DNA of 64,000 nucleotides from Lingula anatina (taxonomy: Eukaryota; Animalia; Brachiopoda), in assembly GCA_051362555.1 (NCBI GenBank), contig CM120646.1, positions 4,898,001 to 4,962,000 of the forward strand, read 5' to 3'. The stretch's first letter is position 1. Each line of letters begins with the position of its first letter. A program made the position numbers and the translations under genes. Under the pieces are notes generated by a model that saw only the letters and a program-made list of their open reading frames with translations, was not told the DNA's origin and searched no databases. Below are positions 1-12,296 of the stretch, piece after piece.

Positions 1-680
1 TGGCTACTACTTGATGCATCAACCGTGAACGGCCCATTGGGCCTCATAAAATGGTATTTTAAGGAGTTTGAAAAATTAATAAGTACGGTTGTTAAACCTC
101 TCGATTATGTCGTTAGTAAATCATCACAGTGACTGTCTCAAGATTAAGTTGTGTCTAATAATAAGTGTTAATTCTAGTTGTAGAAGTTTTCCTTTTCTTC
201 AAGCATTAAACATACCCCGCATATCATCTGTTCTAGACTAAAGAGGCCATACGTATAATACCAGCAACAGCATGTGTCTGCTTCCAATCTTATCACTGTG
301 TCATTTGACACATCCATTGCATTTTGCCATTTTGTTTTTATTTTAAAGTCGGTGTAACGTAAATGAGAGTTCTCCATGATAAAGAGTCCTCTTCCCATTC
401 AATGTAAGCCTCGCTCTAGTTTTGGCCACATTAGTTCAGGCGAAGCCTAAATGGAGGTCTGGCTTTCTGTTACACGGACCCTCAGTTTCGTTACACTAAA
501 CTTATCGATTTTATTCCAATGAATACAGAGCGCTATGTGCAGTGCTGATTTCACTGAGAATACGAATAAGGATAGAAGGAGATGGGCAGTGCTTCCAGCA
601 AGACAAAGTACAAATCCACTGTACCAAATGAATTGAAGTTATCATAAACGCAATTCATTTTCCATCACACTAGATGTCAT
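1..680 (-). repeat. Upstream flank of a further array copy whose coding region lies left of the window
   Basis: The window start tggctactacttgatgcatcaaccg matches sequence at about 9524, 22917, 34018 and 40922, which lies ~320-380 nt upstream of each ATG. Confidence 0.75.
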
Positions 681-1039
681 ACTTGCCCGCTTGGGGGCCA
701 CCAACCTTGCAACCCCACAAACGAAATTTGTGCAAAATTGTTGGTAAATAATTACTTTTGCTGACTCGTCGCATCATAATTTTTAGGATGATGAGTCTTA
801 TTGAATATTTGATATATAATTTTTATCACTAAGGCCATAACATTTATTACAGGCAACAATTTGCTACATTGTTATTATTGTTAAAACGATTAGGATAGAA
901 GGGTTAAAAGCGGCCTTGTTTGGCCAAATAACGAACAATCAATATTCCTTGTTGCCTTCTTTCTTGCTATGAATGAGACTATAAAAGTTTGTGGTACACT
1001 GAGATGGAGGAGACATAAACATCTAAGTAGTCAACACGT

Positions 1040-1470
1040 CCTACAACATAACTGAACCCAATTGGACAAGTTTTGACCAATGCCTGGAATGTTATTCCAG
1101 ATTAAACTCTAAAAAACTTTTCCAAGGATTGCCTTGCCTGGTACATGTTAGGCGTAACAATGACCGTTGCTGTGACTAGATACAGACGTGAAGGTTCTTT
1201 GTGTGGCGTGTAACTTTTTTACAGTCGACAATTTGGAAAATACGGAGATCCGAAATATCGCTTTTAACGGTTGTCGTAGGATTTATAATAGGCAATGTAT
1301 TTTTGATTGCTTCATTGGTAAATTCAATTAATGACCTGATGTCACAATGACATCAATGAGATAATTAAAACACGATTTTAAATCCCAATTTTCATTTATC
1401 AGTCCGAAAAATAGGAAAAACTGATGAAAAAGGATTTGGGAAAAATATTCCATATTAAATGTCAAGTCTG
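1040..1470 (+). mobile_element. Tc1/mariner 3' fragment with right TIR
   Basis: Encodes a LGQVLTNAWNVIPD-like transposase C-terminus. Ends in AAATATTCCATATTAAATGTCAAGTCTG|TA, the same TIR as the 42175 element. Confidence 0.7.
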
Positions 1471-3714
1471 TATAAGCATAGGCAACTCAAAGTTTAAATA
1501 GTCCTTTCTATTTTGAGATGAGACAGCAATCGGTATGGGGCCTAACTTTACTCCTGATCAAGATTTTATCACGAAAATTGGCAACACGAGTGTATAGGCT
1601 GCAATCCCGTACCGTCATTTTGGTTAAATGGTTTTGTAATGGAGTTACGAGCCTATGATTACAATTTTCATTAAACAAAGGCATCGTCAGTTTTATCAAC
1701 AAAAACAGCTTAACTAAGACATTAAAGAAAAATCGCTGGCCGGATTTTGGAGTACTAAATGGAGTCATTAAATCAGCGTTGAAACGCTGATTGTGGGTGC
1801 TCGTATAAAAGAGAAATCTGAGAAACCGATTTTCAGTTTTCATCCCAATATCGCAATTATGTCGTCATCCATACGATGACATATGTGGAAATGTTATTCA
1901 CTTAAGTAACTTTACACTGTTGGATATATAGCAGTAGAAAAGGAGTTTTTGGATTTCGACTTCATTTTTATCTAGCTGTTATTTATGATGTCAATGTCTA
2001 TCTGCTTATTGAACCAACTACACCAGGCAACTCCTCCCTCGCACTGGAAGTGTAACGAAACTGAGGGGCCGTGTAAAAGAAAATCCACCCTCCATTTATA
2101 AATAAGTAACTCATGACTAATGTTTTAACCAATATATCATGTGGGTTTATAACTTTAAAACAAAGAAATCGATATATAATACCTTGGAGTCGCATTTTTA
2201 GAGAAAAATTATGGTGTGCTTTTTCGAACAACTAGTGCTACGATTCTATTTTCTATGAAAAATAGAAAATTGACTTCCACCAAATATTCTGTACGTAGAG
2301 CGCGGTAACAGTGTCCAATCGAGTTAGAGTTCTCATAGGCCAAAACATATCACGCTGCACCTATTCTAAGAAAACAAAAGCGAACACGATCATTTGGATG
2401 GTATTAAGTTACCCATTTTGCTTTGTGACTCGAGCACGAATGCTTGATTTAATTCTGTGGACATTGAATACAATAACGACTGATGTTCGGGTATTATTTT
2501 TATCACATTTGAGATGTTCTCCTTTGTTGTATGGTGGTCATTCAACATGTTAGGGCCTTGTCCCTACACAAACATCTTTTCAAAACAAAGGCGGTATCGC
2601 ATGTTCGGATAACATTTCTACCACAATTCACAGGTCTTTCTTTGTTGTGCAGTCACCATTAAGATATCTTAAGCCTGACTGTATTTCCTTCTATCGCAAT
2701 TACCTTTTCAAACCAAACCGGGAATCGAATGGCAAATTTAACAGTATAAGTGTGTAGTGTAAAAATATCATATGTATTGTCTTTCTGACTTAAAAAAAGC
2801 TGCTGTGTGACTCTTGGAACAGAATCTCAGTGATCGCCATACAGTGAGCATTTTCCCAGGCCAGAGAACCACCTTAAGCATTCTATTACCCACAGTATTC
2901 TATTAAATAAGCTGACGCCAAAAATGTACCTAGCCATTATCTGAACTGATCAATTAAGATCTAATTGAATAAAACTGACGTTGACACACCATTGTGTCAG
3001 TTACACCAATTCATTATTCACCAATACAATATCACCTGCACCTCACAATCGCATTTAAATTCTTCCTGGCGTTGAGAAGAGTACTGCAAAGCTGGTGATT
3101 TTAAGAATACGAGTAGTTGTAAGAGTGAGAGTAATATTGTAAGGATATGTTACCCACAGTACAGGGAAAGCAAAGTTATACACTTAGCAAAATATCAGCA
3201 GACATAATGTCAAGTGAGACCAGAAGAGGTGAGTTTATGAATTTATTATCATTTATGGACGTACAGACAGGCACACAAGAAAATGTAGATACCGGTAGAG
3301 TATTTGAGAATTTATGTGAGTTAATCGAAAAAGTAATAGATGATAAGATCCAGAAATGGTGTCCAAAAAAGGCCCCTTTTTTTTTACTTAACCATATTTT
3401 AAAAGTGTGTTTGTCATACTCTTTATCAGAGCTTTAGGCTGATATAAAAAAAAAGGGAAATGCTTCTAACAAATAAGGACGGTAACACGATTTAGCAACA
3501 AATAGGAGTAAATATACAAAAGACAGAGATATTTTTGACAAACAGTAACGAAAAAAGGCGTTTCAATGAAAACGTATTTCCAATTTAGCAATAGAAATTT
3601 TCTTAGACCTCGGGTGGTATGCATTTTTAGACATTTTTTCAAGATCATATGACTTTTAAACAATCTCTTTTTACGCTGTATTAACGTTCCTTTTTCTAAA
3701 TTACTTTGACTGCA

Positions 3715-3923
3715 TTTAGAACGATCCACAGATTTAGAACGAACCATCTGGATCGACCTAACTCCCTAGGGGTTCACGCTAAATTGCTGTCAGCCGAGTC
3801 CACTTTAGTTAGTTACTCCCTTACAGCTTTTAGTAGGAGGGACAGACATTTACGCTGATTAAGCTGACACCAATCTCGTGAGATTACCAGCGGGATAGAT
3901 CGATCTAAAAATCTCTGGGAATG
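3715..3923. mobile_element. MITE of the TTCCCAGAGATTT(T)AGATCGATC-terminus family (other copies 51749-51962, partial 50938-51010)
   Basis: Internal sequence (gatcgacctaactccc..ggttcacgctaaattgc..ccttacagcttttagtagg..gggatagatcgatctaaaaatct) is shared with 51785-51960. It is absent from the paralogous site at about 18835. Confidence 0.65.
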
Positions 3924-4137
3924 CAATCTTAGTCAAGTCTAAATTCATCTTCAGATGCCCTGGTTTTGTCTGAATGTTCTCAACGCTATGGAACGTTATC
4001 CATTATTCATCAGTTTCTCTTGGTTTGTTCAAAATCCAGTTCTCCGCTGGTTCTTGCAGTTGAAATTATATTTGCGTTCTGAATAAATGTTGTGTAAAAA
4101 ATTGCATAGCTAACACAGTCTGCTGCGCAAGCATTAA

Positions 4138-5705
4138 GGCCAGTAGAAGGGTAAACAAGGATTTTAATCATGTTTTTGAGTTTTTTGTGTTTTTATATTA
4201 ATCAAAAAAGTATTTAAAAAATTGGATGTAATAACTTTTTTGAATTTGCACCGCAAAATGTGTTTTTTGATGCGTTTTTCAACCGGCACGCGCCCCTGTC
4301 AGGCTGACGACTGGGCCACGCCTCTGTTGCTAACGGCCGTTGCCATGAGGGGGTGGAGCAAAGTTAAGGAGTTATAAGCCGATAACGTGTGCTGTAACAG
4401 TCCATAAGTCTTCCATTAGCTAGGCAGTAAAGATGTATAGTACGCGATGGGGAAGACAAAAGTTCGTGTTAAAAGTCCTTTTCCAGAGGAAAGAAAGAAA
4501 AATTTAAAAGAGAGTATGCGCGGCGGTTGGGGAAAACTGTTCTTTTAAACGTACTGTTATTACAAAAAATCCAAACTTCCCCTTGTCATTATATGCTTGT
4601 ACATATATACAGGTATATGTATAATATACAGGGGGTACGCCCAGCTGAGCGTCTCCTTTTTATCTTAGCTGGCATTTCGAGAGATACCGCTCTGAAGTAA
4701 TCACTGGATTTTTCCGTTGACCTGACAATTACCAAGTGCCGAGAAAATAATCCTGCAGCGTTACCTTTCAAAAACTCGTATTAACACGAGTGACAGCCAC
4801 TTGCTCTCGACAGACAGTTTCATCTGATCACTTTGACAATAACAGAGAAGGAAGCTACCAGGTAAATTTGCTCGATTGGCGAAAAAGGCAACTTCACACC
4901 TCTTAATTGCGGTTACACGTAATTGCCTTTGTTAGCGCTTCCTTCTACATATCCTTGACACCCTACTTGGCATCGCTAGGGCCTCTCCAGAGCTATCAAT
5001 CAAGTCTAACGCCTGATCGGAAAATGTTACAAAAGCGCCATTTTCTGGCATTTCAAAGCACCCAAACAGAATATCTTTAGATGACAATGAACAATGGTTC
5101 CATCTGATCATATAACCGATAACAGGTAAATTTGTCAGCTAAGCATTTGACTAATAAGCTCTGTTAACCAACCTGTGAACGTTTTTGGCTGTTAAAACAG
5201 CTTTCTTGATAAACGAGATAAGTGAATCGGTTTCATGTATATCTCACTATCTGAGCAACTGATCGTTACTAAAATTACACAAATTGTTGTTGGGAATGTG
5301 GACTACAGTCCGATGTCAGGGATTTTAGAGGAAATTGTTTGTTTGAAAGTAATCATCTTTTGAAGTGAAAACCCCATTGAAATATGGGTTAATTTAACGT
5401 AAAAGACGATTAAATCAAAAGTAAATAGTTTACGGCAATTCCCTGGTACCCAATTGTAGTGCTTTCACCTAGCTTTATGAGGCTGTTGGAATCACTTGAA
5501 TAGCTGTCTTGGTTATAGAGAAAATCCCAAATTCAAAACGGCATCCCCCCCTCCCCCCCCCCCCCCAAAAAAAAATGGCACTATAGCATCATTCTACAAT
5601 CTGTTTTTAATTGGCCTTTTGGGAAGTATTTTTTAATTTCTTTATAAAAATTCATAAGCCCAGGGCATTGTTTCTATGCCTTTGGCCGTTTTTCTACTAG
5701 TGGCC
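4138..5705. mobile_element. Non-autonomous Kolobok-like DNA transposon (1568 bp)
   Basis: TTAA on both flanks (4134-4137, 5706-5709) and termini GGCCAGTAG...CTAGTGGCC. The empty site gcaagcaTTAAa is visible in paralogous spacers at about 30050 and 36988. RR..YY ends with a TTAA TSD are characteristic of Kolobok. Confidence 0.7.
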
Positions 5706-5872
5706 TTAAAGCGATTGTTGAGCGTGCAGCGCTAACTGCCAAAATATTTGATCTAGGTACATCTGCCTGTCGCCAAACTCTAATGTTCCAATGCTGTCCA
5801 GAAAATACCTTAATTCTAATGTTCATAACTACCATAATATTAATAACATTAAAAGATCTTTGAAACGCACAT

Positions 5873-5878
5873 TTTATT
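5873..5878 (-). promoter_or_regulatory. Candidate AATAAA polyadenylation signal of copy 1 (equivalents at 19181-19186, 30223-30228, 37156-37161)
   Basis: The plus-strand motif tttattcagatac is conserved about 640-680 nt downstream of the stop codon in all four copies. Confidence 0.5.
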
Positions 5879-6520
5879 CAGATACATAAATGACAATCTC
5901 TTTGATAGACAAATAAATATAAATGGTGAATTCTGAGGTTGAAACAGTTAAAGATTTAACTATCTTAGCATATATATGATGATTTAAAATATCGCATCAA
6001 CAAAGACAAAATTGTTTGTACGGCTCGGCAACGCATCCTGAATTCATCTGGTGTTTGATATAAATCCATATCATCCAAGAAATCCTGGTAATCACAAATT
6101 TTACCAGGAGGTGACACTCTCCTTCACAGTCTGGTATGGTAGCGCTAAAGTGAAAAACAAGAATAGCCTCGATAGCGCAGTGAAAACTGGTGGGGCAGAA
6201 ATTATTCCACTGGAATCCTATATGAGAGCTGATTGCTTAAGAAAATGAAGTAGTCAATCGAGAGACTCTGGTCATCCAGCGAATAGTTTGTTCAAGCCAA
6301 TGACATCAATGTCTCGAAATTTGTCCTTTTGATCAATTGACGGATCACAGAGATTGTCATATATATATATATATATATCAACAAAAGACGGTGACATAAT
6401 TAAGTGGTTAGGTCCCCTAAACACCTTACCCTTCTTAATCGTTAATTAATCTCTCGTTCCATCCGTCAGATTGCAGTGCAAATGTTTCTCTGAATATCAG
6501 TTAGGTAATTAAATATCTTT

Positions 6521-9148
6521 CTACGACAAACGCGTAATAAAAACAATGAGCACAACCTGCCAAAGAAAATAACTTCGCGAGGCGGAGGATGCTGGATAAT
6601 CTATTTTCTTTATGGCTTCTTCCGGCACGGTAGAACTGAGCGATTCAGATGTGTTCCTCACGAGGCTCACTTTAAAAGTGACCCCTTTATGATTTTTTAT
6701 AGGGTGAACTTGTCGAAGGAAAGCGTCGAATTCATTAGTAAAATTCTGGAACAATAGTTGAGCCTCGTTGATATGGTCAACACTTTTCCGCAGCCACACT
6801 GGGACGGTAGTAGTGATGAAATCTCTCTCGTAGTTTGGGAGGACACATTCTCGCATCCCCCCTCCAGTGATCGTCCATGCGCCGTATGGAAAAAATTCTG
6901 AAATATCTTTCTCTGCAAAAAACAACATATACGCCGTGCAAAGTGGCCTGTGCCTGCATGGGTACTCTAGGTGCTGGTTGGGATCGAATCTGAGAGTTAA
7001 GGCGAAAGGAAGGTTACGCATATGACGAAGGGGGGGTGAGCAGAAAGTTTCCTCCACGCAACATCCCTCGTCTTGTATACTCTTGTTCTGAAATAGAACG
7101 TCAAGCGCTTATTTTAATATTAAACATGTTACACTGTCGATAATCGTATAAAACGGGGTCTAAAATGACTATCCTAATTAGTATTTTCAGCAAATAACAC
7201 AATTCCTACAAATTATTATGTTCATTACATATTGGGACATTTGATGGAAGATGGAAATGTCGACACCGGATTCACTTACATTTGGCGTTTTTCGTTTACA
7301 GGTCTGGACTAAAAAAGTAAGTTGTTTTGAAAAAATATTTAAATACAAATGAGACTTTGTCAATTTCGAAACGTGAATAGAATACCTGCGTTGTTGTAAT
7401 TTCAATTTTACGCATTTGCAGATACGGAGTATCATATTTAAGCAAACACATGTTAAGAGATAGCAATAAGGGCAGCGGTGGGTCATTATTCCTTTCAGAC
7501 AACAATCATTTATGCTTACGTCATGCAGTTTCCCTTGGCAATGTAATTCCCGTTGAACATCTATCACTGCAGAAAAGCCAAGCGGTTCAATTGTTTTCGT
7601 CTTCCTTTCACCTGTAAAAGAGGATTAATCTCAATGATAAAGTTAAACAATTGCATATATTTTGACCAAAGATGTTATGGGGACGAAGTCGTTTTCCATC
7701 AAAAGACAAAAGCCAGATGTGAACAGAATAGAACAGAATAAAAGTTAGCGTAATAACTACAACTGTTCTGGGTTAACCTAAAACAAGTCGTGAAGGAGAA
7801 AGGTCATTTATAAATCAACCGAAATATAGATTGAACGGATACAGTGATAATGTCATACATGCAACTCTAGCACAAACAAGTTGTCAAAGACGTTTCAATC
7901 GAAAAATTGCGTGTAAATAGCTAATATGGGAAATGGTATTTTTTACTGAAAATAAAGTAGCTCACCAATGTCATCACATTGTTTTATCTCCATTTGTGTT
8001 TCCAAGGGCAAACCACAAATCCAACAGAAAATGTTTCGACCAAACGAGTAACCGAGGGGGCCGTGAAAGTAGGTTACCAACACGGGTCCAACCTCACAAA
8101 GTCTGGTAAATTCGGGATCAGCGTCCCTTAAGCAATTTCCATAATTCAAGATTCTTCCAGGATCATGGCTTCCCTGAGGACCAATACAAGGACGTCCTTG
8201 GTAAAAGTCTGGGGTATCAAAGAAAAGCATGCAATCTTTCATATGAAAAATCAAATGCAAAATCTCAGCAACCGTCCAAACGTTTTGAAAGGTTTCGACT
8301 TGTGTTTGGTCACACGCAATCATGGGTTTCCATGCTTTATGTGATGTAACTTTGTGACAGGTCGCGCAGAAAATGTTTTTGAATGTGACGTTTGCCTCCG
8401 TTGACGAGACAGGCAGCATGATATTAATGTCATTAGACCAGCCTTTGAACTCGCATTTTTGGCGGACAACTTCATCATGCCAGTGACTTGGGCATGAAGA
8501 GACGATCCAAAAATACCTACGGCTAACCCCCCATATTTGTTTGTTCCCCTGTAGCCAACATTCTGTGTCATTTTTGCTTATCTCAATTCCCGTGACTTTT
8601 GTCTCCCTACAGTATTGGTCGTATGGCCAACAGCAGTCTCCAAACACGTTACACAAATCGTCACAGAAGCAGGTGACCAGAATCATGTCATCCATCGACT
8701 CTCCTGTACGATTGACACAGAACGGGGTGTTTACTGTGACGTTAAACGGTATCAAACTTCTCGGTGGATATGTTGTTGGACTAGCTTCATCGTTGGTGGG
8801 GAATATTGAAACGGGTCGGAAAGGATGGTCCGCTAATTCAGAATCATTTTGGGGTAGACTCCTAGCGCTTGTATATACCTGGGAGTTTGAGTTCGGCACT
8901 TTTGCTGTGACGTTAGGGAAACCATTTCTTTCTTCTGTAAACATCTTCGCTGTTGTTTGTGTCCCCTTAACCGATTGGTGACCGCCATCACTGAAGTTTG
9001 TTAAGAAAAACAGTGTTGAAGGCGAGATTAATATGGTATTACTCCAAGTTGTGGGATAGGTCGTGTTTTTCACAGTCGTAGCATTCCCAATCTGTAGCTG
9101 CTCTAGAATGACAAAAACACATAATGCCAGCATTAGTAACAGCTTCAT
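6521..9148 (-). CDS. SMB-like/Cys-rich secreted, probably GPI-anchored glycoprotein, array copy 1 (598 aa). Exons 9148-7966, 7566-7520, 7087-6521
   Basis: ATG at 9148 with signal peptide MKLLLMLALCVFVIL. SMB-like CFCDDLCNVFGDCCWPYDQYC, then WIVSSCP..CE..LPVSS..TFKNIFCATCH. Donor G|gtgag (phase 1), 47-nt exon ctgcag|TG..GAC|gtaagc, acceptor tttcag|AAC. Spliced CDS is 1797 nt and in frame. Ends in small residues then a hydrophobic tail (PASSASRSYFLWQVVLIVFITRLS). Confidence 0.85.
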
Positions 9149-9201
9149 CGTCAACTGTCAAATGTTTTTTCTAAAAAATACGAGACAGTGCTTCCAGGGG
9201 C

Positions 9202-9208
9202 TTATATA
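9202..9208 (-). promoter_or_regulatory. TATA box of copy 1 (equivalents at 22650-22656, 33714-33721, 40618-40625)
   Basis: TATATAA/TATAAAA followed by a C-run lies about 50-60 nt upstream of the ATG in all four paralogues. Confidence 0.55.
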
Positions 9209-11059
9209 CATGTGCACGTGGATGACTACTTTTGACTGGTTAGTATTTCCAATGTAGTGCTGCAAAGGTGGCCTTTTGTGTTAGGAATCACGTAACAGTA
9301 TGATGACAAATAGGAGCCAGTGAGATTGAGAGAGGTATTACATACAGCCCTTTCTTAGTCAACAATAACTGGTCTTGGTCAAGAAATAGTATACTGATTT
9401 TGAAACTTTTTTGTAAATGGTCATTCAGAATTCTTGTGTGTTTAAAACGTTTTAAAGAAAAAAAATGTGATGTAAAGAAGTTACCTCTACAGACATTTTG
9501 GTATAATCATTGATTCGTTCGATTGGCAACTACTTGATGCATCAACCGTGAACGGCTCATTGGGCCTCATAAAATGGTATTTTAAGGAGTTTGAAAAATT
9601 CATTAGTACGGTTTTAAAACCTTTCGATTATGTCGTTAGTTAATCATCACTGAGACCGCCTCAAGATTAAGTGGTGTCTTATAATAAGTGTTACTTCGAG
9701 TTGTACAAAGTCTCGTTTTTGTCAAGCCTTCAAAATATCCCGCATGTCAGCTGCTCTGGACTAAAGAGGCCATACGTATGTATAATACCAGCAATAGCAT
9801 GTGTCTGTATCCATCCTTATCACTGTGTCTGACCGTACCGAAGGCGTCGCTTTGTCATTCGACACATCTGTTGTTTATCCTCTTACTGCTAGACGGCATT
9901 TTGTTTTTACTTTAAAGTCGGTATAACGTAAACGAAAGTCCCCCATGATAAAGAGTCCGCTTCTCATTCATTGTAAGCCCAGCCCTAAATTTTGACAACA
10001 TTAGGTCAGGCGAACCCGAAATGGAGGGCTGACTTTCTGTTACACGGACCCTTGGTTTCGTAACACTAACTTTACCGATTTTATTTTCAATACACCAATA
10101 CAGAGCACTATGTGCAGTGCTGAGAAGGTTTTTTTTTCACTGGGAATAAGAAGAAGGATAGAAGGAGATTGGCAGTGCTTCCAGCAAGACAAATTCACTG
10201 TACCTAATATAAATTGAAGTTATCATAAACCCAATTCATTTTCCATCACAGTAGATGTTATACTTCCCCTCTTTTTTTGGGCACAAATCCAACTTTGATT
10301 TATTTATTTTTATTTGTTATTAATGCTGACAGTTTTGGAAAGAAAAGAATTGGATGCAAAACTGCAAATTATGGCCGTTTTATCGGTTACAATTGTTACT
10401 TTATAAGAATAGAAACTGTGGTTATAAGTTACTTTTCACATTGTTACTATTTCTTTCATCTTTCTGACTACTATATGCACGGAAAGTACAGAATTTCTAA
10501 TGGAAGCTAAGAAGAAACAGGTTGTATTTCATTATATTGATTATGCGACACCGCAAGTTAAATTAAATTACAGATGCAACAAGTTAAACCTGCAGTTAGC
10601 TGCAACATCTACACTATAAACATAATCCGCTGCTCGTGCCAAGCAGTCGAATAAAAGAACAATTCGCGACGGGTATAAAAGTAAACAAAGGGGTCTTCCT
10701 ACACAGTCGACTTGGTGATTAGGCCAGGTATGATATTCTGGTTAAGTTGAGCGACTCATCCTGTATTTATCCAATGTGCCCTTTGTTGTTATAACCTTGT
10801 AATTTCCAATGTAATATTCGTCTGTTGCATGTGTTTAGGGCTCAACGACGGACAATTAGTGGTCGTCAACGGTGCGTTGATGTATCGTATTTCAATTACT
10901 GCTGACGAGATACATCTGCTGACATGTAAAGGTAACCAATAAAACGCGCTTAGGCTACTGTTTGCCTGAAATCGGAGGGTTACTATATTTGGTCAATGCT
11001 TGAGAATGCTTACTGAGATCAGACTTTAAAACCATTGTTGTTATGATCACTCGGTGATT

Positions 11060-12296
11060 GAGAAAAACGCACATGCTAGCGGTCGTTTAAATTGCAGTGC
11101 GTAACAGTGTTTCACAAAATAGAAAAAGACAGACATTGCCAGAAAGATTATTGTGCCACACTGAACGGTCCGCACAGTTTTATAGCGTTATCCCAAGTCT
11201 GATGTACCTACACAGAGGCCGCGCCCAGAGTATCAAAATCTTACTGTCAAGGGTTCAGGACTCGGTGTCTTCTGGATATGCTGATGCAATTAAACAAAAA
11301 CATCCAGTCTGTTCAGAATGAGGGAGAAATTGCCACCAAAATGCGATTTTCAAATCTCATAGCAAACACCTAACTGGTTTAATCTGATAAGAATACCAGA
11401 AGACCTAAGAGGAACCACTGTAAACAGCAAAACAACGTCGTCTGTTTCTCTAATGAGGAACCCTGACCGTTTCTGGCTAGAACACTGAATGTGTCAACTA
11501 GTCAAAACAGAGTAAAGGGACATCCTGAAGAGGCCTAGGCAGAAGCATGTGTCGCGTCTCAATTGACTAGGGTCATTGACAGCGTCAGTATCTGGTATGC
11601 ATACCACATTGGTACCAAGACACCAAAGGCAGTCATCGCTGAAAACCTGAAACAGACCAAATAAAATAATAATCTGGAAACCACTTGGCTGTAATTTGAT
11701 AGGGGGCACCTTAGGAAAAAAATTAAGTCGCACGAAGAGATTGCCCGTTCACACAGAGCGCTTTTAGCAGATAGCCTACAGAACCAAGGGAATGAGCAGC
11801 TAACTTGGTCATCAAAATCAAAATATTTGAACCACATAGACAATATATGGGTAGGTCATTGCACACCGAATGAACGGCCAACATTTCCCACAACAAAACT
11901 GAACCAAAATGCACAATTTTTGACCAATGCCTGGAATGTTATTCCAGATTAAAATCTAAAAACCTTTTCCGAGGATTGCTAGGCGTACCAGTGACCGTTA
12001 CTGTGACTAGATACAGACGTGAAGGTACTTTGTGTGGCGTGTAACTTTTTTACAGTCGACAATTTGGAAAATATGGAGATCTGAAATATCGCTTTTAATG
12101 GTTATGGTATGACTTATAATAGGCAATGTATTTTTGTTTGCTTCACTGGTAAATTCAATTAATGAACTGATGTCACAATGACATCAAAGAGATAATTAAA
12201 AGTTATTAAAACACGATTTTCATTTATCAGGCAGAAAAATAGGAAAAACTGATGAAAATCGATTTGGGGAAAATATTCCATTAAATGTCAAGTCCG
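11060..12296 (+). mobile_element. Degenerate, 5'-truncated Tc1 element
   Basis: Same family as 42175-43837 in the opposite orientation. Has the WSSKSKYLNHIDNIW remnant of the Tc1 WPxxSPDLNPIE motif. Right TIR ends at 12296 followed by TA. The empty site gcaatgTAtaagcaact is at about 23780. Confidence 0.75.

Noticed and set aside
7943-9154. Treating the ~400-aa and ~200-aa ORFs of each unit as two separate single-exon genes
   Set aside because: Conserved splice sites and an in-phase microexon join them in all four copies, and the second ORF has no conserved start or signal peptide.
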